In this document: positions 7,803-15,872 of the stretch, piece after piece
How positions within the stretch are numbered: position 1 is the first letter of the stretch
Layout of the letters: each line of letters starts with the position of its first letter
IMG/VR virus record: IMGVR_UViG_3300010397_000045
Coordinates: 9,000 to 72,999 of that record
From: a virus
Direction: 5' to 3' (one strand)
Length of the DNA: 64,000 bases
Notes under the pieces: model-generated
Told to the model about the DNA's origin: nothing
Seen by the model: the letters and a program-made list of their open reading frames with translations, nothing else
The model's database searches: none
Translations under genes and position numbers: made by a program

Positions 7803-9806
7803 CTACTCCAGTGTGTTAGTTACAGTTGAGTCCATATGCGCGCTGCGCTCGGCATGGGATGCGCGCTCCCACTTATCGACATTGCGCATGGCGAACAGGA
7901 CGTCGATGACACCCCTCTTGCAGCGTGTTTTGGACAACTGTTTTATGTTGGGGTTACGCCGCAATGCGCGCGCCACTGCCACCAATGAAAACTCGCTTCT
8001 AGGGTTGTGCACCTGTAATAACGAGGTCAACTCTTTTACTGTCCACAGGTCGCGCTTCGACCCCATCACATAACCATCGAAGCCACCAACTAACTCACGC
8101 ACGGCGTAATCGATGAAAGAACCCGAGATGCCGATCATCCACGCTTTGGCGTCGGTCATGGGCGCAGCCCCGCGTGGGTCAAAGCCGTTCGTGTTGATAT
8201 GTAACAGGTAGTCGAAGATCGCCGCGGCATTGGTTTTGTTCTTGAACCACGGATCGTAGTTCTGCGTATACCAGGCTTCAGGGTGTATCTGGTCCGATAT
8301 CTCCCATACGAACCAGCGGCGGTCCTTGGCGTCGAGCGATAGCGCGTCGGGGTTGTTGGTAGTGAGGTAGATGTTGGCGCAGTCGCGCAGCTCGTATTCC
8401 ACCTGAAACTTCGCATTGATCGTTACATACTCCTGGGTGATGAGGTTGTTGAGGAACGCCACGTCCTCGCGCTTATCGCGCCCGGTTACCTCATCTCCCA
8501 GTATGAACTGCTTGTGCTTGGCCCACTCGTTGAACGAGTCGTGTATGTTCTGCGCTCTTATCCCCTTGAAGTTGTCCCCGTAGATGGGCCGCATCGTCTC
8601 GGCAAGGAGCGACTTGCCGACACCCTGCATGGTGGAGAACATCAACACACCGGTATAGAGCTTGACACCGGGATGTTGTAATGGGTAAGCTAGCCATTGG
8701 AGAAACCATTTGCGGTATCTACCATCTACATCAGCATGAAACACCTGGTCCAGAAGCTCCATGAAAGGGGTAACATCACCTTTTGCAGGTTTAACACCCC
8801 AACCCTTCCATACGTTGAAAGATCCGTCTGGTGGTGTTTCGGGTTGGCCTGGTGCGTACACCAGTGATTTAGCCGTGCGTTTACCAGGCCACTTGGACCA
8901 TTCTATAAATGTGTTGACCTGCTTCTGTTTGCCGTCCATGTCATACTTAACCATCGTACGATCCCCATAAGCGATCGTGGCAAGTGTCTGGAGCTTCGAA
9001 TACAACGTACGGCTGGGCAGGTGATACACAGCTACCTTGTCGGTTATAATACACAACTCTTTGTTCAGATTCTCCAAAGCCACCAGATCATCGAACGGAA
9101 CCGGTACCAGTTTATCAAAAGCCTCCCGGCCATTGGCGACCAGGTAGTCGTCGAGCCCGGCCTTCTCACCCGCCTTTAACGATGGCAGTCGTACGGCGAA
9201 TGGATGGCCACCATGATGACGTATTACACGTGCCAGTGCGTGCAGGGCATTATCAACATGGGGGTTGGGTACGGCATCATTGTCGAAACAGATCAGGATG
9301 CGGCGACCGTTCATGAAAGGCACCAGGCTATCAATCAACGTATGTTTCTGTCCTCGAGAGCCCCAACTCCATACACCGCCCAACCCTATACACGGCAGAC
9401 GTAGAAACTTGACAGCAGCAGCAGCTTTCTTCTCTCCTTCTGTAATGATGAGGTCAACCTTGGGGTCTGCTTTGACGTCGGCCCAAGTCCATTTACCGGC
9501 ACACAGTGTTGGTGGTGGGAAATAAGCGTGCACCCCTGTGCCCTTGGGTTGGGTGTACTTCCACAATTTACCGGTGCCTTTGTCAACAACCTCATCCGTG
9601 AATTTGTAGCGTGAAAAACAATTGACTTTACCCGTAAGGTCGAAATAGGGGATCTCGTACCCGGCAGCCTCCTGTTTTACGAGTTTCTTCATGGATGTCG
9701 GGGTCACCGGTCGTACACACATGTGCTTGGCATCCTTGGAATCCAGACCGGACCTGCTTAGATCCTTTAACATGGACTCGTAGACGGCCTGCTCGACGAC
9801 GGTCAT
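7803..9806 (-). CDS. Primase-helicase (N-terminal DUF3854-like Toprim domain, C-terminal DUF5906/SF3-like NTPase)
   Basis: IITEGEKKA, GLGGVWSW, ICFDND and GLDDYL Toprim motifs; QGVGKS Walker A, ILGDEV Walker B, TTNN and DRRW. Confidence 0.9.
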   Translation of the reverse strand: MTVVEQAVYESMLKDLSRSGLDSKDAKHMCVRPVTPTSMKKLVKQEAAGYEIPYFDLTGKVNCFSRYKFTDEVVDKGTGKLWKYTQPKGTGVHAYFPPPTLCAGKWTWADVKADPKVDLIITEGEKKAAAAVKFLRLPCIGLGGVWSWGSRGQKHTLIDSLVPFMNGRRILICFDNDAVPNPHVDNALHALARVIRHHGGHPFAVRLPSLKAGEKAGLDDYLVANGREAFDKLVPVPFDDLVALENLNKELCIITDKVAVYHLPSRTLYSKLQTLATIAYGDRTMVKYDMDGKQKQVNTFIEWSKWPGKRTAKSLVYAPGQPETPPDGSFNVWKGWGVKPAKGDVTPFMELLDQVFHADVDGRYRKWFLQWLAYPLQHPGVKLYTGVLMFSTMQGVGKSLLAETMRPIYGDNFKGIRAQNIHDSFNEWAKHKQFILGDEVTGRDKREDVAFLNNLITQEYVTINAKFQVEYELRDCANIYLTTNNPDALSLDAKDRRWFVWEISDQIHPEAWYTQNYDPWFKNKTNAAAIFDYLLHINTNGFDPRGAAPMTDAKAWMIGISGSFIDYAVRELVGGFDGYVMGSKRDLWTVKELTSLLQVHNPRSEFSLVAVARALRRNPNIKQLSKTRCKRGVIDVLFAMRNVDKWERASHAERSAHMDSTVTNTLE

Positions 9807-10054
9807 TGATAAACCCTCGTCTCATCCTGAGATGCGTTCACAAGAGCTTCACGTATGTCGTCTATTGTTATAGGCGCTTCTGATGCTATCATGCATACCA
9901 ACCCTACAGGAAGCAGCGCCAGGACCATCTGATGTGTGGCGGTGCATTTCTGTTCTTCGACCCATTCACTGATGCATGGGGGACAGTCTTGCGGATCTAT
10001 ACGCTCGACACATCGCAGGAGTTCCTGCGGCGTCATTTGCTCGAATACGGTCAT
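9803..10054 (-). CDS. Hypothetical protein, first gene of the leftward replication operon
   Basis: ATG 10054 preceded by GAGGG at 8 nt; 4-bp overlap with the primase start. Confidence 0.6.
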   Translation of the reverse strand: MTVFEQMTPQELLRCVERIDPQDCPPCISEWVEEQKCTATHQMVLALLPVGLVCMIASEAPITIDDIREALVNASQDETRVYQ

Positions 10055-10061
10055 GTCAGAC

Positions 10062-10181
10062 ACCCTCGCCGTATGTTGTAGTAGGCGACGCGAGGGCCTG
10101 TTGCTGTTTCAAGAGGTAGGGCTTCCAGATGGTGAGGGACACCACCTGGTACCAGGAAACCCAACGCGAAGCCCTCGCGCC
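10062..10181 (-). promoter_or_regulatory. Structured 5' leader with mutually exclusive pairings over the RBS
   Basis: GGCGCGAGGGC (10181-10171) pairs with GCCCUCGCGUC (10097-10087); inner stem CCAGGUGGUG/CACCAUCUGG; GCCCUCGC can alternatively pair with the SD-containing GCGAGGGU (10069-10062). Confidence 0.55.
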
Positions 10182-10188
10182 AGTCCGA

Positions 10189-10217
10189 ACCCTAGCAAAA
10201 AATCTAAGTGAAGTAAA
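10189..10217 (-). promoter_or_regulatory. Sigma70-like leftward promoter TTTACT-N17-TAGGGT with extended TG
   Basis: -35 at 10217-10212 and -10 at 10194-10189; same TTTACT -35 and 17-nt spacer as the promoters at 59838-59866 and 60269-60297. Confidence 0.6.
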
Positions 10218-10219
10218 TA

Positions 10220-10565
10220 GTTAGAGTGTTTTCGTCATCGACTTAAAACAAAAGTTTAACTTTAATAAAATAGTTTAAGCTGTGTTGCGTGTGTCGAATT
10301 CGGCCTCCCCTTACTTATATAGGCTACTAAACTTTATTTTCTTATCTTTAACTCTCCTATTAGTCCTAGAAAAAGGAACCACAACACACAAACGATAGAT
10401 TAGATCTATAAATATCGGCGTTTGCTCTGTGTGTTCATTTTTTAAAAACGCCTAAAAAGAACCCACAACACACCCCCTAAAACGCTGTTTCGTGCGGTAA
10501 ATACCGGTATTTCGCCCCCGAAAAACTCGTCCCACAACATCGTTGATAACTCAACTATTAGTTTA
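10220..10565. other. AT-rich non-coding region with CCACAACA repeats; candidate replication origin
   Basis: Visibly the most AT-rich stretch of the window; ccacaacacac at about 10379 and 10463, ccacaaca at about 10532; adjacent to the primase operon at the strand switch. Confidence 0.5.
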
Positions 10566-10569
10566 AGTT

Positions 10570-10598
10570 TTGCAAAGCAGCCCGATGCGTGCTAGAGT
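10570..10598 (+). promoter_or_regulatory. Sigma70-like rightward promoter TTGCAA-N17-TAGAGT with extended TG
   Basis: -35 at 10570-10575, -10 at 10593-10598. Confidence 0.55.
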
Positions 10599-10620
10599 GG
10601 CTCCCGCAGATACCCCCGTT

Positions 10621-10653
10621 ACGGGCGGCCTCGAGAGGGGTTGCCCGTTTTTT
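10621..10653 (+). terminator. Intrinsic terminator-like hairpin between the promoter and the Q-like gene
   Basis: ACGGGCGGCCTC-GAGA-GGGGTTGCCCGT followed by TTTTT. Confidence 0.7.
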
Positions 10654-10666
10654 CGATGGAGTTGAA

Positions 10667-11113
10667 ATGGGTAGGGGCAATCCGGTCACGGCAACGTTGG
10701 ATGCGTTGTCAGGTTTCAAAGTTCGTGGGAGTCTACCAGCGGACCTAATACCAACTGACAGAATAATTCAACGTTGGTATGTGTCAGTTACAGGGTTTCT
10801 GCCATCGGAGCGTTGGGATGAAGCGCGCAAAGCAAAGCTATCACCACTCAATGATACGCTGTCTATCATTGTTGATCAGATAATAGCCAGGGCTCCCGAA
10901 CGCAGGAATGAAATTATCTGGGCCTGGTACGGAACGCCTGCCCCAACGCGCATCATTGCCGAGGAACTCGGGGTATCGTCCTCGATGTTGAAGCTCGAGC
11001 TTCACAGTACTTTGCAGTATATGTTGCTGAAATTCAAGACAAATGGGCACCCGGAGCTGCTGCGGCTCCTCCTGGTGCATGCGCGGGAGGCTTTACAGGA
11101 GCCTGGCCGTTAG
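10667..11113 (+). CDS. Putative late transcription regulator / antiterminator Q-like protein with a C-terminal HTH
   Basis: Start moved to ATG 10667 (GGAG RBS); IIQRW...VDQIIA...WY...IAEELGVS pattern; sits immediately before terS. Confidence 0.55.
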   Translation: MGRGNPVTATLDALSGFKVRGSLPADLIPTDRIIQRWYVSVTGFLPSERWDEARKAKLSPLNDTLSIIVDQIIARAPERRNEIIWAWYGTPAPTRIIAEELGVSSSMLKLELHSTLQYMLLKFKTNGHPELLRLLLVHAREALQEPGR

Positions 11114-11121
11114 GGTATAAA
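11092..11121 (+). promoter_or_regulatory. Possible late promoter TTTACA-N18-TATAAA
   Basis: Overlaps the end of the Q-like gene upstream of terS, analogous to the position of lambda pR'. Confidence 0.35.
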
Positions 11122-11191
11122 CCTGCGGCAAGATGCCCCATCCGTGCGTGTTGGGGAATGAAGCAACACATTTCACGAGTGGAATCATTAC

Positions 11192-11647
11192 GTGCCGAGA
11201 GCCAACACCAACGCAACACCACCTGTTAGTATGCGGGTTCCATTGACCTATCGACAGTCGGAGGCGGCGCGAAGGGCGATCAAAGCGGGAGCATTGATTC
11301 GACGACTTCAATCGTTCGCGCTCAACGAAATGGTCATGGCAACCAACGGCAACGGGCGAGGCCGTGGTAAGTTGGTTCCTGTTGACATGAGCGCTGAGCA
11401 GGTTCGCGCGGCGTTTGGTTTGCTCGCGAAAGTTTTGCCCGACGTCAACCGTGTTGAATTGGCTGGCGGCGAGGACATCGGCAAGAACGCTGCCGCGATC
11501 GATGCCACGCAGCGCATTGTTGATATGTTTGACAACACGATGTCCCCCGTGCAGGCATCAATGGAATATCAACGGCTGATGCACGAAGCCGCGCCGCTCG
11601 AGCAAGCAAAGCTCCCGGCGCCGCCGCTCGAGGGAGAGTTGGTTTGA
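11192..11647 (+). CDS. terS: Terminase small subunit (probable)
   Basis: LIRRLQSFAL...MSAEQVRAAFGLLAKVLPD motif; upstream of terL. Confidence 0.7.
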   Translation: MPRANTNATPPVSMRVPLTYRQSEAARRAIKAGALIRRLQSFALNEMVMATNGNGRGRGKLVPVDMSAEQVRAAFGLLAKVLPDVNRVELAGGEDIGKNAAAIDATQRIVDMFDNTMSPVQASMEYQRLMHEAAPLEQAKLPAPPLEGELV

Positions 11648-11784
11648 ACGTCGACAAAGTGTTGTATTGGCTGTTGTTGATCCTAGCCGCCGTTTACATT
11701 GGTATGATTATTTGAACGCCGTGAAGCCCCGCTACCGCTTCATTGCGAGATATAACATGTGGCTGCTTGCGCTGAGCGCTACTG

Positions 11785-11979
11785 ATGAGTGATCGGTGCC
11801 CGCGTTGTGGCGATTGGGTTATGGCGAAAGACCAGCGCGATCACTCATGCCGAACGGCGGAGGGAAAGAGCGTATTCACGAGCCAGCCGCTGGGTCCGGG
11901 GTACGTTTCGCCGGACGACTACGATGAATGGATCAAGCGATATATGCGAGGAGAGGCGAATGGCGAAACGAGGGGTTGA
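11785..11979 (+). CDS. Small CxxC protein
   Basis: ORF track (CPRCG). Confidence 0.45.
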   Translation: MSDRCPRCGDWVMAKDQRDHSCRTAEGKSVFTSQPLGPGYVSPDDYDEWIKRYMRGEANGETRG

Positions 11980-12123
11980 ACTAGCACGTTGGATTGATTT
12001 GCACACCGGCGGCTCGGGGTTACACGGTGACGTGCTCGAAGCCTCTTGGGCCGTGGCGCGTGAGTTCCGAGTTCCCGGGCCTGGCGGACGTCATACCCCT
12101 TTGCCTATGTGGCTTAGACCTGG

Positions 12124-13863
12124 ATGAACGCCGCGGTACGCTTCCACACTGTTGAATCGACCAAAACCCACATCAAGGGCCAGGCGCGCACCGTCTATCT
12201 TCCCTTCGAGTTTGATTGGAAGAAGCCTGATTACAACGCGGTGTTCGAATGGCGGGTGCGCAAGCTGCTGCAGTTGCGCAAGGACCCCAAGCGCTTCACG
12301 GCGCTGCGCAACTGGTATGGCAACAACCCGGCACAGTTCATTGTTGATTGGGGTTGTACCTACGATCCACGCAACATAGAGCGTGGGTTGCCGGCGCTGT
12401 TACCCTTCATCCTGTTCCCCAAACAGATCGAGTGGATCGACTGGGCGCTCGAGCGCTGGCGTGCGTCCGAGCCTGGACTCACGGAGAAGTCGCGTGACTG
12501 TGGCGTGAGCTGGTTGTTTATGGCGATGTCGTGCCATCTGTGCATTTATATTCCAGGCATGGCGATCGGTGTTGGAAGTGCCAAGGCTGATAAGGTGGAT
12601 CGTTCAGATGATCCCGACTCGCTGTTCTTCAAGGCGCGGTTCTTCATGGATAACCTGCCACCTGAATTGCGTGGTGGGTACGATCCCAACAAGCACACCT
12701 CGTACATGCGAATGCGTTGGCCCAACACTAACGCCACGCTCACGGGTGAGGCGGGAGACAACATCGGGCGCGGCGGCCGCAAGTCGATCTATGGCATTGA
12801 TGAGGCAGCACACCTCGAGCACCCTGCGCTCGTCGAGTCGTCGCTGTTGTCTACAGCTAACTGTCGGCTTGACTTCTCGAGCGTCGCCGGCATGGCCAAC
12901 CCCTTCGCGCAGAAGCGGCATTTAGGTAAGGTCAAGTTCTTCACCTTCCACTGGCGCGACGACCCGCGCAAGGACCAGGCGTGGTACGACAAGCTCGCAG
13001 CTTCCTCTGACTCCGTGGCCCTTGCTCAGGATGTTGACATCAACTATATGGCCTCCACAGCCGGCGCAGTCTTGCCTGCCGAGTGGGTCAACGCTGCCGT
13101 GGGTGCGGCCGAGCGGTTGGGTTACACACCTTCTGGAGTTAAGCGCGCAGGGCTTGATATCGCTGACCAAGGTCCGGCACTGAATGCGCTTGCTACCCGC
13201 CATGGCTCGAGCCTGACACATCTGCGCCAATGGCCTGGCAGGCAGTCTGACATTTATCAGACTGCAGTCAACACGTTCAACTACTGCGATGATGATGGCG
13301 TCGCGCAGTTCTTCTACGATGCCGACGGTGTTGGTGCTGGCATGCGTGGTGATGCGCGTGTCATTAACGAGTCGCGCAGGTCCACGGGCGCGATCAACAT
13401 CGAGGATTGCCCCTTCCATGGAGGCGCGGGTGTCGACGATCCCGAGGGTAAGATCACGGCAGGTGCCACGAGCGATCGCGGCGAGAGGACTAACAAGGAG
13501 TTCTTCCTCAACCTCAAGGCGCAGAGTTGGTGGACTATACGTAGGCGGTTGGGTAACACATTCAGGGCGGTTACAGGTTATGTATCAGGCAAAGGATCAG
13601 TGGACTTGGAACGTGGACAATACCGGTCGTTTGATGACCTGCTCGTTGTCGACCTGGATGACTGCCTATTCATATCTCCTGACCTTGATCTGTTACCTCA
13701 GCTATTGATGGAGTTGGTGCAACCGACCTACTCGCGCAACACCAACGGCAAGATCGTGATAGACAAGGCACCTGATGGCTCGGCATCTCCCAACCTGGCG
13801 GACGCCGTTATGATCGCGTTCAACCCGTTGTTGGCGGTGTTGGATACATGGGGTAAGTTGTGA
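12124..13863 (+). CDS. terL: Terminase large subunit
   Basis: LFPKQ, EKSRDCGVSW Walker A variant, GIDEAAH Walker B, GLDIAD nuclease motif, YDADGVG and SPNLADA. Confidence 0.95.
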   Translation: MNAAVRFHTVESTKTHIKGQARTVYLPFEFDWKKPDYNAVFEWRVRKLLQLRKDPKRFTALRNWYGNNPAQFIVDWGCTYDPRNIERGLPALLPFILFPKQIEWIDWALERWRASEPGLTEKSRDCGVSWLFMAMSCHLCIYIPGMAIGVGSAKADKVDRSDDPDSLFFKARFFMDNLPPELRGGYDPNKHTSYMRMRWPNTNATLTGEAGDNIGRGGRKSIYGIDEAAHLEHPALVESSLLSTANCRLDFSSVAGMANPFAQKRHLGKVKFFTFHWRDDPRKDQAWYDKLAASSDSVALAQDVDINYMASTAGAVLPAEWVNAAVGAAERLGYTPSGVKRAGLDIADQGPALNALATRHGSSLTHLRQWPGRQSDIYQTAVNTFNYCDDDGVAQFFYDADGVGAGMRGDARVINESRRSTGAINIEDCPFHGGAGVDDPEGKITAGATSDRGERTNKEFFLNLKAQSWWTIRRRLGNTFRAVTGYVSGKGSVDLERGQYRSFDDLLVVDLDDCLFISPDLDLLPQLLMELVQPTYSRNTNGKIVIDKAPDGSASPNLADAVMIAFNPLLAVLDTWGKL

Positions 13864-14538
13864 GTTGCTTTATTGTTGGTTTCGTAGGTGCTTTCACTGG
13901 TGTTGTTCTTGGGTTCATAACACCGTATATCTGGAGTAAGGTGAAAAGTGTGGTGAAGTTATGATCAGTCGAAAGAGTTCGCGCAGACCGAGAGGTCCGA
14001 TAGTCGTGTTGCCTGATGGTTTCACGGCCCGCGGTTTGACGGAGCCGCAGATGGATGAGTTCTTTGCCACGGTCGACGCCATGCGCCGACGACGTACTGA
14101 GCGCGCAATAACGAGGTATCATCATGATCAGGGGTGTGCGACGTCACATGGAAGGCCCTAAGTACACGGTTACACATACCGAGTTGCGTGGGCTTACGGA
14201 GAGGCAGATGGAAGAGTTCAGAGACGCGATAGAGCGGGCGCGCAGGCGTAAACTGCTCGAGCTGTTTGAGACCGTTGTGGTGACTTGGGTATGAACAGGC
14301 CACGTGGTTGGGACCATAGATATCGTATGCCGCCCGAGTCAGATTCAGTGATCTATGTCAATAGTTTTGGTTACGCCTCGTTCAAGCGGCCGTCGTTCAT
14401 CGATCCCGTGAAGTACGCCTGGAACCACATGCACCCTGACATCGTGATGCCCAAACACCTGGGCGGCATCGAGGCCGGGATGCCCGGCATGCCACGGCCC
14501 AACAAGAAGGTTGCCGATTACCAGAGGTATTCAACACT

Positions 14539-14709
14539 ATGAACATTCTTCCCCTGGCGTTGCAGATCGCGGCGTTGGTTTGCTTCGCTATCTCCTTCTT
14601 CAATGCCCTGCCGAGGTACAACTGGATGGTGGGCGGCTTCTTCTGCCTGCTGTTATCATGGATGGTTGGTCCCGGCGCGCACATCCCGCTGCACACCGTG
14701 GGACCGTGA
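14539..14709 (+). CDS. Small membrane protein
   Basis: Manual translation MNILPLALQIAALVCFAISFF...; two hydrophobic segments; GAGG RBS. Confidence 0.5.
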   Translation: MNILPLALQIAALVCFAISFFNALPRYNWMVGGFFCLLLSWMVGPGAHIPLHTVGP

Positions 14710-14921
14710 TTGTGACAGACGAACAAATCAGATACATGGTAAACCGCTTTCTGGGTTGGCGGCTGCCGGATAATTTCAGCCCCGATGCTGGGATCAGCTT
14801 CAAGGCTTTGTTTAACGAACACACGTCGCACCCCATGGTGCATCGGCCTATCGGAACCAACCTCTTTGATGCCACGCAGGCGGAAGCCATGGTTCGCCAC
14901 ATGGTGGAGGGAATGCCGTGA
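14706..14921 (+). CDS. Conserved small phage protein
   Basis: MVNRFLGWRLPDNFSPDAGISF...PIGTNLFDATQAEAMV; start moved to GTG 14706 (4-bp overlap). Confidence 0.6.
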   Translation: MIVTDEQIRYMVNRFLGWRLPDNFSPDAGISFKALFNEHTSHPMVHRPIGTNLFDATQAEAMVRHMVEGMP

Positions 14922-15232
14922 CTACCAACACGCTGCTGCGCGTCGAGCCCGGCAAGCTGCCGCAGGCGGTTGATGGCCAGGCGCTCGACTCCAACTCACT
15001 GCATGACTGGCTTGCGCTGCCTGTGCAACACTTCATCGACCGGCATCCTGAGAAGTCCAGGCAACAGTTGATCAATGAGGTGACCGAGGTCGTGGCTGAG
15101 TTGATTGGCTCCTCGACATCCGAGTGGCGCGATGCCTTGCGCATGACCGACAGGGCTAAGCGGCACCTCGAGGAGCAGGTTGGTCGCAAGTGGCGGACGT
15201 TTGTGCAGCTGAGGGCCAACGGCGGTTTGTAG
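14918..15232 (+). CDS. Hypothetical protein
   Basis: ORF track; 4-bp overlap; GGAGG RBS. Confidence 0.6.
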   Translation: MTTNTLLRVEPGKLPQAVDGQALDSNSLHDWLALPVQHFIDRHPEKSRQQLINEVTEVVAELIGSSTSEWRDALRMTDRAKRHLEEQVGRKWRTFVQLRANGGL

Positions 15233-15256
15233 AGTTGTAACCAACAAAGGGGTTCT

Positions 15257-15517
15257 GTGATGGGTACATTCAGGGTCGATGTTCAGGCAGTTGGTGGCCA
15301 CGGTTGCCAGCGCGATGTGAAGGACGGCGAGGTGGTGCAAGGTTGTGGTAAACCTAACTGCCCTGATTGCATAGTGCGCGAATTCGTCGGCAAGCTCAAA
15401 GCCATCAGCGTGTTCAGCTACGGCGTGGAATGTCACGCGAAACTCATACATTGGCCTGGTCAGCCCAACGAGGTGGTGGACGATCTGCTCACTGGTATCC
15501 GCAAGGGGAATTTCTGA
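15257..15517 (+). CDS. Hypothetical Cys-rich small protein
   Basis: ORF track (GHGC, CGKPNCPDC). Confidence 0.6.
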   Translation: MMGTFRVDVQAVGGHGCQRDVKDGEVVQGCGKPNCPDCIVREFVGKLKAISVFSYGVECHAKLIHWPGQPNEVVDDLLTGIRKGNF

Positions 15518-15518
15518 C

Positions 15519-15713
15519 GTGGTAGCCAAGAAGCCCATAAACGTCGAGTTGGAGCTGATGCGCAAGGAGCGGGACGATGCGTTGAAGGAGCGCGATGAGG
15601 CGTTGGTAATTCTGAGTCTGATTTTTCCAGATACGTACCTATCGCCGTCTGAGAGTGTCGAGTTGAAGTTGCGTACCTATCGCAACATGGTGAAGGGCAA
15701 AGCACGTGTTTAG
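15519..15713 (+). CDS. Hypothetical protein
   Basis: ORF track. Confidence 0.5.
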   Translation: MVAKKPINVELELMRKERDDALKERDEALVILSLIFPDTYLSPSESVELKLRTYRNMVKGKARV

Positions 15714-15872
15714 TCTGCACGAGCCTTGTGACGCGGCCGTGCGCCGCCGCGAAGCGCTCGACCGCCGCGAGCACGATGAGGCGTTGGCCTACATGCGTAC
15801 CGAGGAGTTCCAGCGGTTGATACGCCCACTCGTGTTGGAAGCCATGCGCGGCGTTGCGAGGAGGCGCGGACC

